DNA of 64,000 bases, from NCBI GenBank assembly GCA_021846505.1, contig JAJZWV010000008.1, positions 11,276 through 75,275 on the forward strand. The letters run 5' to 3'. The notes below the pieces were generated by a model. The model saw nothing but the letters and a program-made list of their open reading frames with translations. It was not told where the DNA came from and ran no database searches. Shown here piece after piece: positions 49,633 to 60,401 of the stretch (its first letter is position 1; every line of letters begins with the position of its first letter). This DNA is from Bacillota bacterium. GTDB lineage: Bacteria; Bacillota; Sulfobacillia; Sulfobacillales; JAIMBI01. The translations under genes were made by a program, and so were the position numbers.

Positions 49633-50393
49633 TGGGCACGTCGGACTGGCGCGCCGGCCACATGGGCCATGCGGCATCCACCCTGAAGCGGCTGAAGCCC
49701 TATCTGGGTGCAGTGCTGGAGGTGGTGGATGCGCGGGCTCCCGAGGCTACGCGGTATCCCGGGCTGGGCGCTTGGCTGGGCACCTGCCCGCGGCTGCTGG
49801 TGATGAACAAGGCAGACGTTGCGGATCCGGCGGCCACGGCCGCTTGGCAGCAGCACTGGCTGGCCGCCGCGCAGCCGGCCGTGGCCGTGGTGGCCCTGGC
49901 ACCGGCGGCGCGCGGGCACGTGCTGTCAGCGCTCGAAGGCGTGCGGCGGATGGCGAAGAGCCGGCGGGTGGCGGTGATCGGGCTGCCCAACCTGGGGAAG
50001 TCCACGCTGCTGAATCGGATGGTGGGGCAGCATCGCCTGCGCACGGGGAACCGGCCGGGGGTGACGAGGGGGCCGCAGTGGATCCTGGCCGATGGCTGGG
50101 AGTGGCTGGATTTGCCCGGCGTGCTGGCGAACGCCCAAGCCCGCGACTGGCGCTTGAAAGCGCTGGGGGCGGTGGGCACAGACCCTGAGGAGTGGGAGGA
50201 TCTGGCCGGAAAAATTTTGCAGGGGGGCGAGGCTGCCCTGGATGCGTTTGGCCGCGCGCGAGGGTTTCTGGCCCGCGGCGGGGAAGTTGACCGCCATCGG
50301 GCGGCAGCGGCCGTGATGGCGGACTTTCAGCGCGGTGCCCTGGGGCGGCGAACCCTGGAGAGCCCGCCGGGGGCACTGGATGGGCGGGAGTGA
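49632..50393 (+). CDS. rbgA: Ribosome biogenesis GTPase A (YlqF/RbgA)
   Basis: Circularly permuted GTPase: W..GHM, DARAP, NKADV and GLPNLGKSTLLN. ATG 49632 overlaps the lepB stop. Confidence 0.85.
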   Translation: MGTSDWRAGHMGHAASTLKRLKPYLGAVLEVVDARAPEATRYPGLGAWLGTCPRLLVMNKADVADPAATAAWQQHWLAAAQPAVAVVALAPAARGHVLSALEGVRRMAKSRRVAVIGLPNLGKSTLLNRMVGQHRLRTGNRPGVTRGPQWILADGWEWLDLPGVLANAQARDWRLKALGAVGTDPEEWEDLAGKILQGGEAALDAFGRARGFLARGGEVDRHRAAAAVMADFQRGALGRRTLESPPGALDGRE

Positions 50394-51042
50394 GGCTGAC
50401 GCGGCGCGCTGGGAGCGGCTGACGGCAATTGATGGCCAGCTCTGGAAAGCTGGCCTGCTGGTTGCGGGCGTGGACGAGACGGGCCGAGGACCGCTGGCGG
50501 GGCCAGTGGTGGCCGCCGCCGTAGCTTGGCGCGCCCCGCCCGCCGGGCTTGGGGCGCTGGACGACTCCAAACGGCTCAGGCCCGCCGCGCGGCAGCGCTT
50601 GTATGACGGGCTGGTGGCGCGCCCTGGCGCGGTGGGCATAGGTGTTGGAGCCGTGGGCCCGCAGACGATTGACCGCCTGAACATTTATGAGGCCAGCCGA
50701 CTGGCCATGGCCCGGGCCCTGAGTCGCCTGCCGGTGGTGCCCGAGTGGGTGCTGACAGACTTTATGCCACTGCAGTGGAGGTGCCCGGTGGAGGCGCTGG
50801 TGCACGGGGACCAGCGGTCACTGTCGGTGGCAGCCGCGTCTGTGGTCGCCAAAGTGCTGCGCGACCGCTACATGGATGCGCTGGACCGCCAATATCCTCA
50901 GTACGGGTTTGGGCAACACCGCGGGTACCCGACGGCCGCGCACCGGGAGGCGCTGGCCCGATGGGGGGCGTCGCCCGCGCACCGGCACACCTTTGCCGGG
51001 GTGCCGCCCCGCTCCTCGACGCACGGCGCACACTTGGTATAA
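50380..51042 (+). CDS. rnhB: Ribonuclease HII
   Basis: GVDETGRGPLAGPVVAAAV, DDSKRL and ASVVAKV motifs. Confidence 0.9.
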   Translation: MGGSEADAARWERLTAIDGQLWKAGLLVAGVDETGRGPLAGPVVAAAVAWRAPPAGLGALDDSKRLRPAARQRLYDGLVARPGAVGIGVGAVGPQTIDRLNIYEASRLAMARALSRLPVVPEWVLTDFMPLQWRCPVEALVHGDQRSLSVAAASVVAKVLRDRYMDALDRQYPQYGFGQHRGYPTAAHREALARWGASPAHRHTFAGVPPRSSTHGAHLV

Positions 51043-51091
51043 TCCGCCCAGGCTTGATGGCCGGGACGGACTAGCAGCGGGAGGGATGCGA

Positions 51092-53176
51092 ATGCCAAAG
51101 CCACTCATCATCGTGGAGTCGCCGGCCAAGGCGCGGACCATTACGCGCTTCTTGGGGCGGCGGTACCAGGTGCTGCCCTCAATGGGACACGTCCGCGATT
51201 TGCCGAAGAGTCAGTTCGGCGTGGATGTGGAGCAGCAGTTTGCGCCCAAATACATCACCATCCGCGGCAAGGGCCCGGTCGTGAAGCAGCTCCGGGATGC
51301 GGCCAAGCGCGCAGACCGGGTGTACTTGGCGACGGACCCCGACCGCGAGGGCGAGGCGATTTCCTGGCACTTGGCTTCGGTCCTGGGCATTCCCGATGCG
51401 TCCGCCCGGCGCATTGAGTTTCACGAAATCACCAAAGAGGCCGTGGAGCGCGCCCTGAAGCACTCGCGCCCCATTCACCGGGGGCTGGTGGACGCCCAGC
51501 AGGCGCGCCGCATCCTTGACCGCGTGGTGGGCTACCAGCTGTCGCCGCTCTTGTGGCGGAAGGTGCGGCCGGGCTTGTCGGCGGGCCGGGTGCAATCCAC
51601 GGCGCTGGCCCTGCTGGTGGACCGCGAGCGCGAGATTGCCCTCTTCACCCCGGAGGAGTACTACACCCTCACGGCCGCGCTGAGGGCGGCCGACGGCCAA
51701 GCGCTGTCGGCCAGCTACGCGGGGCCCTTGGGCGAAAAAGGCCGCCTGGCAGATTCCGAGGCGGCGGCCGCGGCCGCCGCCGCCGGTGCTGATGCGTTTG
51801 TGGTGGCCGAGGTGCGCCGGCGCGAGCGCCGCCGCTTTGCCCCGCCGCCGTTTACGACCTCGACTCTTCAGCAGGAAGCTTCCAAGCGCCTGTCGATGAC
51901 CGTGAAGCGCACCATGCAAGTGGCGCAGCAGCTGTACGAAGGGCTAGAGGTGCCGGGCGAGGGCACGGTGGGCTTGGTCACCTACATTCGGACCGACTCC
52001 GTCCGGGTAAGCGAGGCCGCGGAGCAAGAGGCGCGCGCCTATGTGGCCGCCACGTTTGGCGAGGCAGCCGTCGGCCCGGTGGGGCGCCGGCCGGCCGACA
52101 AGGCCGGTGTGCAGGGCGCTCACGAAGCTATCCGCCCCACGGTGGTCGCACGGCATCCGAGCCAGCTGAAAGCCGCGCTGGCTCGCGATCAGTACCGCTT
52201 GTATCGCCTGGTGTGGGAGCGGTTTGTCGGCAGCCTAATGGCGCCGGCCGTGTTTGATACGGTGTCGGTGACGCTTTCGGCGGGTGGGCACCAATTTCGC
52301 GCGAGTGGGCAGCGGCTCCAAAGCCCGGGCTACACTGCACTGTATCAGGATCCGGATGACCCCGAGGCGGTCGGTCCGCCCCTGCCCGCCGTGGCCGTTG
52401 GGGAAACCTTGGCCTTGTCGGGGCTGGAGCAGGAGCAGCACTTCACGGAGCCGCCGCCGCGGTATAACGAGGCATCGCTGGTGCGCGCCATGGAGGAGCT
52501 GGGCATCGGCCGGCCCAGCACCTATGCCCCCACGGTGGAAACCCTCCTGAGCCGGGACTATGTCCGGCGGGAGCACCGGCGCCTGTCAGCGACCGAGCTG
52601 GGCGGGGTGGTGGTGGATTTACTGCGGCGCTACTTTCCCGAGATTGTGGACGTAGAGTTTACGGCGGACATGGAGAAGCAGCTCGACCGGATTGAAGAAG
52701 GTGGGGAGGATTGGCATGCGCTGCTGCAGCGCTTTTATGCTCCCTTCCGGGATCAGCTGGCCCTGGCCGAAACCGCCGCAGATATTCCCGACCTGCCACG
52801 CGAGGTGGTCGACAAGCTGTGCCCCGACTGCGGGTTGCCCTTGGTCATCAAACATGGCCGATTCGGGCGCTTTCTGGCGTGCACGGGGTATCCTGGCTGC
52901 CAGCACACGGAGCCGTGGCTGGAGCCTACGGGAGCCCTGTGCCCGCAGTGCGAGCGGCCGGTGGTGGTCCGCCGGAGCAAAAAGGGCCGCGTGTTTTACG
53001 GATGCAGTGGGTATCCCGAGTGTCGCTTTGTGTCCTGGTATCGCCCCAGTGGAAAAAACTGCCCGCAGTGCGGCGCGTTCCTGGCGGAGCGCGGCCGCAG
53101 TGGGCAGGGCGGGTTGTACTGCGCACGGGAGGGATGCGGGTATGAGGAGCGGAGGGCCAGCGGGGGGGACGACTGA
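51092..53176 (+). CDS. topA: DNA topoisomerase I
   Basis: LIIVESPAKARTI, DPDREGEAISWH, the active-site region and three C-terminal Cys4 zinc ribbons. ATG 51092 lies 6 nt after GGGAGGG. Confidence 0.95.
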   Translation: MPKPLIIVESPAKARTITRFLGRRYQVLPSMGHVRDLPKSQFGVDVEQQFAPKYITIRGKGPVVKQLRDAAKRADRVYLATDPDREGEAISWHLASVLGIPDASARRIEFHEITKEAVERALKHSRPIHRGLVDAQQARRILDRVVGYQLSPLLWRKVRPGLSAGRVQSTALALLVDREREIALFTPEEYYTLTAALRAADGQALSASYAGPLGEKGRLADSEAAAAAAAAGADAFVVAEVRRRERRRFAPPPFTTSTLQQEASKRLSMTVKRTMQVAQQLYEGLEVPGEGTVGLVTYIRTDSVRVSEAAEQEARAYVAATFGEAAVGPVGRRPADKAGVQGAHEAIRPTVVARHPSQLKAALARDQYRLYRLVWERFVGSLMAPAVFDTVSVTLSAGGHQFRASGQRLQSPGYTALYQDPDDPEAVGPPLPAVAVGETLALSGLEQEQHFTEPPPRYNEASLVRAMEELGIGRPSTYAPTVETLLSRDYVRREHRRLSATELGGVVVDLLRRYFPEIVDVEFTADMEKQLDRIEEGGEDWHALLQRFYAPFRDQLALAETAADIPDLPREVVDKLCPDCGLPLVIKHGRFGRFLACTGYPGCQHTEPWLEPTGALCPQCERPVVVRRSKKGRVFYGCSGYPECRFVSWYRPSGKNCPQCGAFLAERGRSGQGGLYCAREGCGYEERRASGGDD

Positions 53177-54068
53177 GTCCAAGGATCTGGGGCGTGCGGA
53201 TGGGGATCTGGTGGAGCAGTTTCTAAACCACGTGGCTTGGCGGGGCAGCGGGTCGGCGGCCACCCGGCGGGCGTACGCGCGGGACCTTTCAGAGCTGCTG
53301 GCGGCGGTCGGCCCTCCGCTGCAGACAACGTCTGACGCGCTGCGCCGGTATCAGGCGAACCTATTGCGCCGCGGGCTGTCCAAGCGCAGCGCGGCGCGCA
53401 AGGTGGCCACGACCCGGTCGTTCTTTCGGTGGCTGGCGGCAGAAGGACTGCTCCCAGACAACCCGGCGCGCCGCCTTCACGCACCGAAGTTTCGCCCAGG
53501 CCTGCCCCATGCGCTGGCGCGGGGCGAAGTAGAGGACTTGCTGGCGGCGGCAGTGCGGCCGGGGCCGCTGGGGCTGCGCGATGCGGCGCTCTTGGAGCTG
53601 CTGTACGCCGCCGGCCTGCGGGCGGCCGAAGCAGTGGGGCTGGATCAGGGGGATCTGAACTCCGGGGTAGGGCTGGTGCAGGTGCGCGGCAAAGGAGGCC
53701 GGGAGCGCCTCGTGCCGGTGGGGCGGGTGGCGCTGGCCGCGCTGGCCCGCTATCTGGCGGACGGCCGGCCTCACCTGGCGAGCGCCTCCGAGCCCGCGCT
53801 GTTTGTCAACCGAGGAGGCGAGCGCCTGGGCGTGCGGTCCGTGGGTCGCATCGTCAAGGCATCGCTTGCGCGCACCGCGGTTGTGCGGCGCGTGAGCCCG
53901 CACTGGCTCCGGCACACCTTTGCGACTCACCTTCTGGAGGGAGGTGCGGACTTGCGCGTGGTGCAGGAGCTGCTGGGCCACGCCCGCTTAAGCACCACGC
54001 AGGCATACACTCACATCACCGTGGAGCATTTGGAGGCGGTTTATGAGCGGGCACATCCTCGAGCATGA
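53142..54068 (+). CDS. xerC: Tyrosine recombinase XerC (CodV-type)
   Basis: Conserved catalytic region [38 protein letters not shown]. Position before hslVU-codY as in B. subtilis codV. Start uncertain (ATG 53142). Confidence 0.85.
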   Translation: MRSGGPAGGTTESKDLGRADGDLVEQFLNHVAWRGSGSAATRRAYARDLSELLAAVGPPLQTTSDALRRYQANLLRRGLSKRSAARKVATTRSFFRWLAAEGLLPDNPARRLHAPKFRPGLPHALARGEVEDLLAAAVRPGPLGLRDAALLELLYAAGLRAAEAVGLDQGDLNSGVGLVQVRGKGGRERLVPVGRVALAALARYLADGRPHLASASEPALFVNRGGERLGVRSVGRIVKASLARTAVVRRVSPHWLRHTFATHLLEGGADLRVVQELLGHARLSTTQAYTHITVEHLEAVYERAHPRA

Positions 54069-54666
54069 TGGCATTCAGCTGCATGGCACCACCATTTTGG
54101 GGGTGACGCGCGGCGGCCAAACGGTGGTGGGCGGCGACGGCCAGATGACGTTGGGCCAGTCCACCATCATGAAGCACACGGCCAACAAAATTCGGCGGCT
54201 CTACCACGGCGCGGTGGTGGCCGGGTTTGCTGGAGCCGTGGGCGATGCCCTGACCCTTTTTGAGCGATTCGAGAGCAAGCTGGAGGAAACCCGCGGCCAG
54301 CTGGCACGGTCCGCGGTGCTGCTCTCGCGCGACTGGCGCACGGACCGCACGCTCGGCCGCCTGGAGGCCCTGTTGGTCGTGGGTGACTGCGACAGCCTGC
54401 TGGTGATTGCTGGCACGGGGGAAGTGATCGAGCCCGACGACGGCATTGCAGCCGTCGGATCGGGCGGGTCCTATGCCTTGGCGGCGGCCCGCGCTTTGGT
54501 GGATGCCGGCCCGGACTTGGCTCTGGACGAGCTGGTCCGGCGGTCGCTCCACATTGCGGCCGACATTTGCGTCTATACCAACCACCACCTGACCATCGAG
54601 CGCCTGCCGTCCCCAGCTGCACCCGCAGTCAGCCCGGCGAGGGGAGGCAGTGTGCATGGCGATTGA
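54043..54666 (+). CDS. hslV: ATP-dependent protease subunit HslV (ClpQ)
   Basis: [10 protein letters not shown]......[19 protein letters not shown] and [14 protein letters not shown]. Confidence 0.9.
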   Translation: MSGHILEHDGIQLHGTTILGVTRGGQTVVGGDGQMTLGQSTIMKHTANKIRRLYHGAVVAGFAGAVGDALTLFERFESKLEETRGQLARSAVLLSRDWRTDRTLGRLEALLVVGDCDSLLVIAGTGEVIEPDDGIAAVGSGGSYALAAARALVDAGPDLALDELVRRSLHIAADICVYTNHHLTIERLPSPAAPAVSPARGGSVHGD

Positions 54667-56089
54667 CGAAGCGGCTCTGACCCCCGAGGCGATCGTCGCC
54701 GAGCTAGATCGCTTCATTGTGGGCCAGAGTGCCGCCAAGCGGGCGGTGGCCAGCGCGCTGCGCCATCGCTGGCGGCGCAGCCAGCTGTCGCCGGACTGGC
54801 AGGAAGATGTGTATCCGAAAAACATTCTCATGATTGGGCCGACTGGGGTAGGCAAGACCGAAATTGCGCGGCGGCTGGCCCGGCTGGTGCAGGCGCCGTT
54901 TATCAAAGTGGAGGCCACAAAGTTTACCGAAGTGGGGTATGTCGGCCGCGATGTGGACGCGATGATTCGGGATTTGGTGGAAGTGAGCGTGCGGATGGTT
55001 CGCGAGGAGCGGCGCCGAGCCGTGCGGGACCGCGCAGAGCGCGCGGCGGAGGAGCGCATCGTGGCGGCACTGGCACCGCCGGCCCGGCGCGTGGCGGCGG
55101 CTGCCAAAGCGCCGTGGGAAGCCCTCTTCGGCGCGTCCGCCCCGGGCGGCGACGATGGCAGTGGCGGCGACGGCGACGGGGACGGAGGGCCGGCGCCGAG
55201 CAATTCGGAGCTGGTGGCGCGGCGCCGGTCGCTTCGTGCGGCCGTGCGCGCGCGTACCATGGAGGACACGATGGTTGATGTGGAGGTGAAAGACGAAGCT
55301 CCGGTGTCCCCGCTGATGGGGGTTGGAGGCCAGGACTCCCTGCAGATGAATTTGAGCGAGATGCTGTCGGGCTTGATGCCGCGCCGCACCAAGCGCCGCC
55401 GGATGACCGTGGCGGCGGCCCGGGAGGCGCTGACGGAAGACGAAGCGGAGAAGCTGATTGACCCGGAGTCCGCCCAGGCGGAGGCCGTGGAGCGGGCGGA
55501 GCAGCATGGGATTGTGTTCATTGACGAGCTGGACAAGGTAGCTCAGTCCCAGCGGGGGTATGGCACGGACGTATCGCGCGAAGGCGTGCAGCGAGACATT
55601 CTGCCGATCGTGGAGGGGTCCACGGTCGCCACCAAGTATGGCTCAGTGAAGACAGACCACATGCTGTTTATCGCGGCCGGGGCTTTTCACGTGGCCAAGC
55701 CATCGGACTTGATGCCGGAGCTCCAGGGCCGGTTTCCCATCCGTGTGGAGTTGGACGCGCTGACGGAGGCCGACTTCGTGCGCATCCTGTCGGAGCCGCG
55801 GCATGCCCTCGTGGACCAATACGTCCAGCTGCTGGCGACGGAGGGCGTTACCCTGGAGTTTGCGCCAGAGGCGATCGCCGCGCTGGCGCGCTATGCGGCG
55901 CAGGTGAATCGGGATGTGGAAAACATCGGCGCGAGGCGCCTGGCGACCATCTTGGAGCGTGTGCTGGAAGATGTCAGCTATCACGCGCCGTCGCTGGCGG
56001 GCCAAACGGTCACCGTGACGGTGGCCTATGTGGACGACCGCCTGAAAAGCATCTCGGAGGGCCATGACACCTCGCGCTACATTTTATAG
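54656..56089 (+). CDS. hslU: ATP-dependent protease ATPase subunit HslU (ClpY)
   Basis: [47 protein letters not shown] and an I-domain with an acidic/Gly-rich insert. Confidence 0.95.
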   Translation: MAIDEAALTPEAIVAELDRFIVGQSAAKRAVASALRHRWRRSQLSPDWQEDVYPKNILMIGPTGVGKTEIARRLARLVQAPFIKVEATKFTEVGYVGRDVDAMIRDLVEVSVRMVREERRRAVRDRAERAAEERIVAALAPPARRVAAAAKAPWEALFGASAPGGDDGSGGDGDGDGGPAPSNSELVARRRSLRAAVRARTMEDTMVDVEVKDEAPVSPLMGVGGQDSLQMNLSEMLSGLMPRRTKRRRMTVAAAREALTEDEAEKLIDPESAQAEAVERAEQHGIVFIDELDKVAQSQRGYGTDVSREGVQRDILPIVEGSTVATKYGSVKTDHMLFIAAGAFHVAKPSDLMPELQGRFPIRVELDALTEADFVRILSEPRHALVDQYVQLLATEGVTLEFAPEAIAALARYAAQVNRDVENIGARRLATILERVLEDVSYHAPSLAGQTVTVTVAYVDDRLKSISEGHDTSRYIL

Positions 56090-56545
56090 GCCACGAGACG
56101 CCCTCTGCCGGCCGTCATGGTCGCACGGAGCGATGGCGAGTGAAGTCCATCCGAAATGTCTCGGGCCCGGACGGCGAAACCCACATGGAAGGTGCGGCGC
56201 TGCCACATCGGACCGATGTGGTGGGCGAGAGGGTTCCGCCCCTGCGCCTGTAGCCGTTGCTTCAGGGCGTGGGGTCTTCTTCATGGCGGCATCCGTGGAC
56301 GAGGCATGGCGATTCCGCTGGGGCCGCCCCCGAAACCACTAGTGACGGTGCGCGGTGCCGGATCGAGTCCGGCGGCGTGCTGCTGGCCGAAGATGTGACG
56401 GGCAAGGGCCATCGCCGTCGCCACATCGGTTCGGAGCTTCGCTATGCCAGGAGTCTGCTGGCGCAGCCGCAATGTCGGGCCGCGGCTTCGGCCGGCGTGT
56501 GCGTTGGATGTTCAGAATTGTTGCCCAGACCGCCGGTGATTGGGG

Positions 56546-56551
56546 TATAAT
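56546..56551 (+). promoter_or_regulatory. Consensus -10 hexamer (TATAAT) 45 nt upstream of codY
   Basis: TATAAT at 56546-56551. The nearest -35-like element, TTGCCC (56521-56526), has a non-optimal 19-nt spacing. Confidence 0.3.
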
Positions 56552-56596
56552 TCTCCCCGGTGCCAAGCGGAGTGGCGCTGGAGGAGGATCGCTGGA

Positions 56597-57379
56597 ATGC
56601 TGGAGTTGCTAGACAAGACCCGGCGCCTGAACCGCCTGTTGCAGAAGAACGCCGGCCAAAGCGTGGACTTTGAGCAGATGGCGGAGATGATGTCGGATCT
56701 GATTGAGGCGAATGTTTACGTGGTGACGCGCACCGGCGGCGTGCTGGGCTACGCCCTCCTGGATTCGTTTGAGTGCAGCATTATGCTGCAGGAAGTGCTG
56801 GGCAAAAAGTCGTTTCCCCTGGCATACAACAACGGCCTGCTGAAGGTGGAGGAGACGTCCGCGAACATTTCCCAGGAAGCGCGGCGCTGCGTGTTTTTCC
56901 ACGAGCGAGCCTGCATTTATGAAAACAAAATTTCTACGCTGATTCCTATCAATGGGGCGGGGGACCGCTTGGGCACCCTGGTGATTTCGCGATTTGGGCG
57001 CGCGTTTGACGAGCAGGATCTGCTGCTGGCGGAGTATGCGGCGACGGTAGCGGCGATGGAGATGATTCGGGGGCGAGCGGAAGAAATCGAAGAAGAGGCG
57101 CGCCGCCGGGCGGCGGTAAAGGTGGCGGTCGGCACCCTGTCCTACTCGGAGCTGGAGGCCGTGCAGCACATCTTTGATGCCCTGGAGGGCCCGGAGGGGC
57201 TGGTGGTGGCCTCAAAGATTGCGGATCGCGTGGGCATTACGCGCTCGGTTATCGTAAACGCGCTGCGGAAGTTTGAGAGTGCCGGAGTGATTGAGTCCCG
57301 CTCGCTGGGCATGAAAGGAACACACATTCGAATTTTGAACGACCGGCTGCTGGGGGAGCTGCAGCGCCTGCGCCGCTGA
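56597..57379 (+). CDS. codY: GTP-sensing pleiotropic repressor CodY
   Basis: MLELLDKTRRLNRLLQ....VDFEQMAEMMSDLIEANVYVV and the C-terminal wHTH ASKIADRVGITRSVIVNALRKFESAGVIESRSLGMKGT. Confidence 0.95.
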   Translation: MLELLDKTRRLNRLLQKNAGQSVDFEQMAEMMSDLIEANVYVVTRTGGVLGYALLDSFECSIMLQEVLGKKSFPLAYNNGLLKVEETSANISQEARRCVFFHERACIYENKISTLIPINGAGDRLGTLVISRFGRAFDEQDLLLAEYAATVAAMEMIRGRAEEIEEEARRRAAVKVAVGTLSYSELEAVQHIFDALEGPEGLVVASKIADRVGITRSVIVNALRKFESAGVIESRSLGMKGTHIRILNDRLLGELQRLRR

Positions 57380-57426
57380 CGGAATGACGGGCGGGGGCGG
57401 TGGGATACTGCCCCCGAGGTGATGCA

Positions 57427-58578
57427 ATGCAGCGATGGCGGCAGCGAGGCTTGGCCGTCTTCAGCATGTTGGCGCTGGCGGGGGTGTCGGCATGCGGGGC
57501 GCCGCAGGGCGTGGCCAAGCCCACGCCCAAAGTGGCGGGCCGGATAGCGGAGTCTATCGGATTTTGGGCCAAAGGGGCTCATGCGAGCCTGCCGCCGGCC
57601 AGCAAGTATCCGCGCTCGATTACCGTGTTTTCTCCACTGTGGTACACCCTGAACCCCACGGGCACGGTGCGCGCGCACGTGGACGCGGCGGTCAGCAAAT
57701 CGGCGGCCGCCCTGCGCTGGAAACTAGTGCCGATAGTGAACCTGGCCGGCCTGCCTGCGTTTCTGACGTCGGTCCCCGGCCGCATGGCGGTGGCCAAGTC
57801 CCTCTCGGCCCTCGTGCGGACCCACCACTACGCTGGGCTGAACCTGGACTTCGAGCCAGCTTCCGTGCGCTATCGCACGGATTTGGCGTCGTTCATTGCG
57901 GACTTGCATGACTGGCTGCCGCCGGGGGGCAAAGGGCTGTATCTAGATTTGGTGCCCGCGTCAGGCGGCGCGTATGACTACAAAGGCATGACACCCAATC
58001 TGACCGCCTACATTCTGATGTCGTACGACCAGCATGACTCGGGCAGCCCCCCGGGCCCGGTCGCCGCCACCAGCTGGGTGTCGGCGCGGCTGGCGCGCAT
58101 TCTGTCGGTAGCCCCCGCGTCCAAAGTTGACTTGGGGCTGGCCTTTTACGGCTATCGGTGGCTCGCCGGCACCACGAAAGCCGCGACGCTGCCGCTCAAT
58201 GCGATTCCGCCGGCCGTGTCGGCTCATGCGAAGTACAACGCGGTCGACCAAGAGATGACCGGGTCGTACACTAGCAGCAGCGGGAAGCACTATGTCTTCT
58301 GGTATGAAAGCCCCAAGGGACTGGCGGCGAAAATCAAGCTGGCGGAGTCGAAGCACCTGAGGGGGGTGGGCATTTGGCGCCTGGGCTACCAAACCGGGCC
58401 CGCGCTCGCTTTGGTGCAGAAGGCGATGGGCGCCACCACCGCCCCGACGGCGGCGGCCCCACGGAAGAAGTCGGCGCCCAAGCCGGCCGGAAAGCCAACC
58501 GGCAAGCCCTCCACGGGAAAAGGCGTGCCCAAAACCTCGACGGCCAGGAAAAAGTCGGCGTCCTCCCCGCATCCCTGA
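57427..58578 (+). CDS. GH18-family glycosyl hydrolase-like lipoprotein with Lys/Pro-rich tail
   Basis: Lipobox LAGVSAC. GH18 core with GLNLDFE (DxxDxDxE-type motif, first Asp replaced by Asn). C-terminal APRKKSAPKPAGKPTGKPSTGKG tail. Confidence 0.7.
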   Translation: MQRWRQRGLAVFSMLALAGVSACGAPQGVAKPTPKVAGRIAESIGFWAKGAHASLPPASKYPRSITVFSPLWYTLNPTGTVRAHVDAAVSKSAAALRWKLVPIVNLAGLPAFLTSVPGRMAVAKSLSALVRTHHYAGLNLDFEPASVRYRTDLASFIADLHDWLPPGGKGLYLDLVPASGGAYDYKGMTPNLTAYILMSYDQHDSGSPPGPVAATSWVSARLARILSVAPASKVDLGLAFYGYRWLAGTTKAATLPLNAIPPAVSAHAKYNAVDQEMTGSYTSSSGKHYVFWYESPKGLAAKIKLAESKHLRGVGIWRLGYQTGPALALVQKAMGATTAPTAAAPRKKSAPKPAGKPTGKPSTGKGVPKTSTARKKSASSPHP

Positions 58579-58700
58579 GATCTGAAGTCTCCGGCAGCAG
58601 GGAACCCCGTGCCTGAAGCCGAATAGAGGCCCCGGGGCCCGCTCGGGGGCCGCGAGGGGAGGGTACCAGAGCGGAGCAGCCGCGCTTTTGGCGAGACAAC

Positions 58701-59885
58701 GTGATCATGAATGGCGCCGGCCTTGCCGCCGGCGTTTTGAACGCGCTGTATCACGTGGTGGTGGCGCGCATGCTGGGTCCCGTCAGCTACGGCACCCTAT
58801 CGGCGCTGGGCACGCTGGCGCTGCTGCTGCAAACGCCGGTGTCGATCATTAGCTTGGTGTACACCCGCCGCGGTGCAGGCCCCTCTGAGGTTTGGCGCCA
58901 TGCGGCAGGGTGGGTGGCGGCAGGCACGGCCCTGTGGCTGGCACTGTTTGCGGTGTCGGGACCCGTGGCGGAGTTGTTTCACCTCCCACCCGACTTAGTG
59001 GTGGTGACCGGGCTGACCGTGGTGCCGGCCCTGGCTTACGGTGCGTTCGACGGCATCCTCCAGTGGGCGGCCAGCTTTGGCTGGGTGGGCACCCTCACGG
59101 TGCTGGACTCGCTGACGCGCACGCTGGGAGCGTTCGCAACCTACGCGTGGCGGCTGGGCCTCACGGGCCTCATCGTGTTTGGGCCTCTGACCGCCCTCAC
59201 TGACTTAGTGGTGGCGTGGTTTGGTGTGCGGCGCGCGGTGCGCTGGGCCACACGCCAGGGCCTGCCGCACTTTTCGGGCTTGGTCAATGCGGGGGGCGTG
59301 GGGGTCTTGGCCCTAGTGCTGACCAGTACGGACGTGCTGGTGGCGAAGCACGGACTGCCGCCGCGGGCGGCGGGATACTACAGCGGGCTGGCAACCATGG
59401 GCCGCGCACCCGTGTTCTTTGCGGGGGCCGTGGGCACGGTGCTGCTGTCCAGCGCCCAGCGGGACCCGGGACGCGCGCGGTACTACCTGGTGCGCTCGCT
59501 GGTGCTGGTCGGGGCTCTTGGCACCATTGGGGTACTGGTGTATGTGGCGGCCGGACATCTTGCGGTGTCGCTGATGCTGGGGCCGCGCTTTCTCCCTATG
59601 CTGCCGCAGCTGGTGGTGTACACCGCCGCCATGACCATGCAGTCGGCGATTTTGGTGGGCCTGTACTACGGAGCGTCAAAGAATTGGAGAATTCCGACGG
59701 TGGCGGCCGCCGTCGGATTCTTGGCATGGATGGGCCTGCTTTGGACGAGCCACCACCTAGACCCCCTCATCCTCCGAACGATTTGGGTGATGGCGGCCAT
59801 TTTGGTCCTTGTCCTCGGGTCGGTGGGCTGGCTGGAGTGGCAGCAGGGGCGTGCCGGCCGCGGTGGGATGCGGGCGGACACATAG
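58701..59885 (+). CDS. Multi-pass membrane protein, oligosaccharide flippase (MOP/Wzx)-like
   Basis: About 10-12 hydrophobic helices. N-terminus GVLNALYHVVVARMLGPVSYGTLSAL resembles polysaccharide-biosynthesis flippases. Start GTG 58701 or ATG 58707. Confidence 0.55.
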   Translation: MIMNGAGLAAGVLNALYHVVVARMLGPVSYGTLSALGTLALLLQTPVSIISLVYTRRGAGPSEVWRHAAGWVAAGTALWLALFAVSGPVAELFHLPPDLVVVTGLTVVPALAYGAFDGILQWAASFGWVGTLTVLDSLTRTLGAFATYAWRLGLTGLIVFGPLTALTDLVVAWFGVRRAVRWATRQGLPHFSGLVNAGGVGVLALVLTSTDVLVAKHGLPPRAAGYYSGLATMGRAPVFFAGAVGTVLLSSAQRDPGRARYYLVRSLVLVGALGTIGVLVYVAAGHLAVSLMLGPRFLPMLPQLVVYTAAMTMQSAILVGLYYGASKNWRIPTVAAAVGFLAWMGLLWTSHHLDPLILRTIWVMAAILVLVLGSVGWLEWQQGRAGRGGMRADT

Positions 59886-59888
59886 GAA

Positions 59889-59914
59889 GGCGGCGGCTCC
59901 AAACAGCCGCCGCC
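59889..59914. terminator. Hairpin between convergent genes
   Basis: 10-bp stem GGCGGCGGCT/AGCCGCCGCC with loop CCAAAC. No clear U-tract on either strand. Confidence 0.45.
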
Positions 59915-59948
59915 ATCAACCGGCCGACCGGCCGGGTGCTCAGTGACC

Positions 59949-60257
59949 TCACCCACAGCCCGACTTGGCATTCGGGTTGTTGATGGTAAACCCCGCGTAC
60001 ACGGGGTCCTCGCTGTAGTCGATGGTGCCGCCCTCCAGATGGGGAGCAGAGTCGGGGCTCACCACCAATTTGATGACACCCGCTGGAATGACGGTGTCTT
60101 CGGTGTTAGCCTCTTCCTCCAGCGCCATCTTGTATCCAATTCGGCCGCAGCCGCAGGCTTGGCCCGCCCACACCCGAACCAGCGTGGCGCCGCGGTCTTG
60201 TGCCAAATCTCCAAAGGCCCGCTCGGCTGCCGGCGTGACAGTCAGTGCGATGGACAT
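59949..60257 (-). CDS. HesB/IscA-family Fe-S cluster insertion protein
   Basis: MSIALTVTPAAERAF...VRVWAGQACGCG..GYKMAL...IDYSED....GFTINNPNAKSGCG. ATG 60257 after GGGAGGCGAG. Confidence 0.7.
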   Translation of the reverse strand: MSIALTVTPAAERAFGDLAQDRGATLVRVWAGQACGCGRIGYKMALEEEANTEDTVIPAGVIKLVVSPDSAPHLEGGTIDYSEDPVYAGFTINNPNAKSGCG

Positions 60258-60401
60258 GGTCTCGCCTCCCTTCGCCAGGATGTCCGGGGTCGAGCCGCCC
60301 ATGCGACCCGCCGACTCCGTCTAAAGCTTTTGCACTTCGGTGCTATGATACCACCAGCGGCCGCCACCGCAACCATTTGGCCTTCGGGAAGGAGCTTGCC
60401 G

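Noticed and set aside
53142-54068. Tyrosine recombinase as a possible marker of an integrated mobile element.
   Set aside because: It sits in the conserved topA-codV(xerC)-hslVU-codY context and carries the XerC/D catalytic signature. No att-like repeats or phage or IS genes lie nearby.
54016-55536. 506-aa minus-strand ORF.
   Set aside because: It is antisense to hslV and hslU. It is Ser/Arg/Ala-rich with no motifs.
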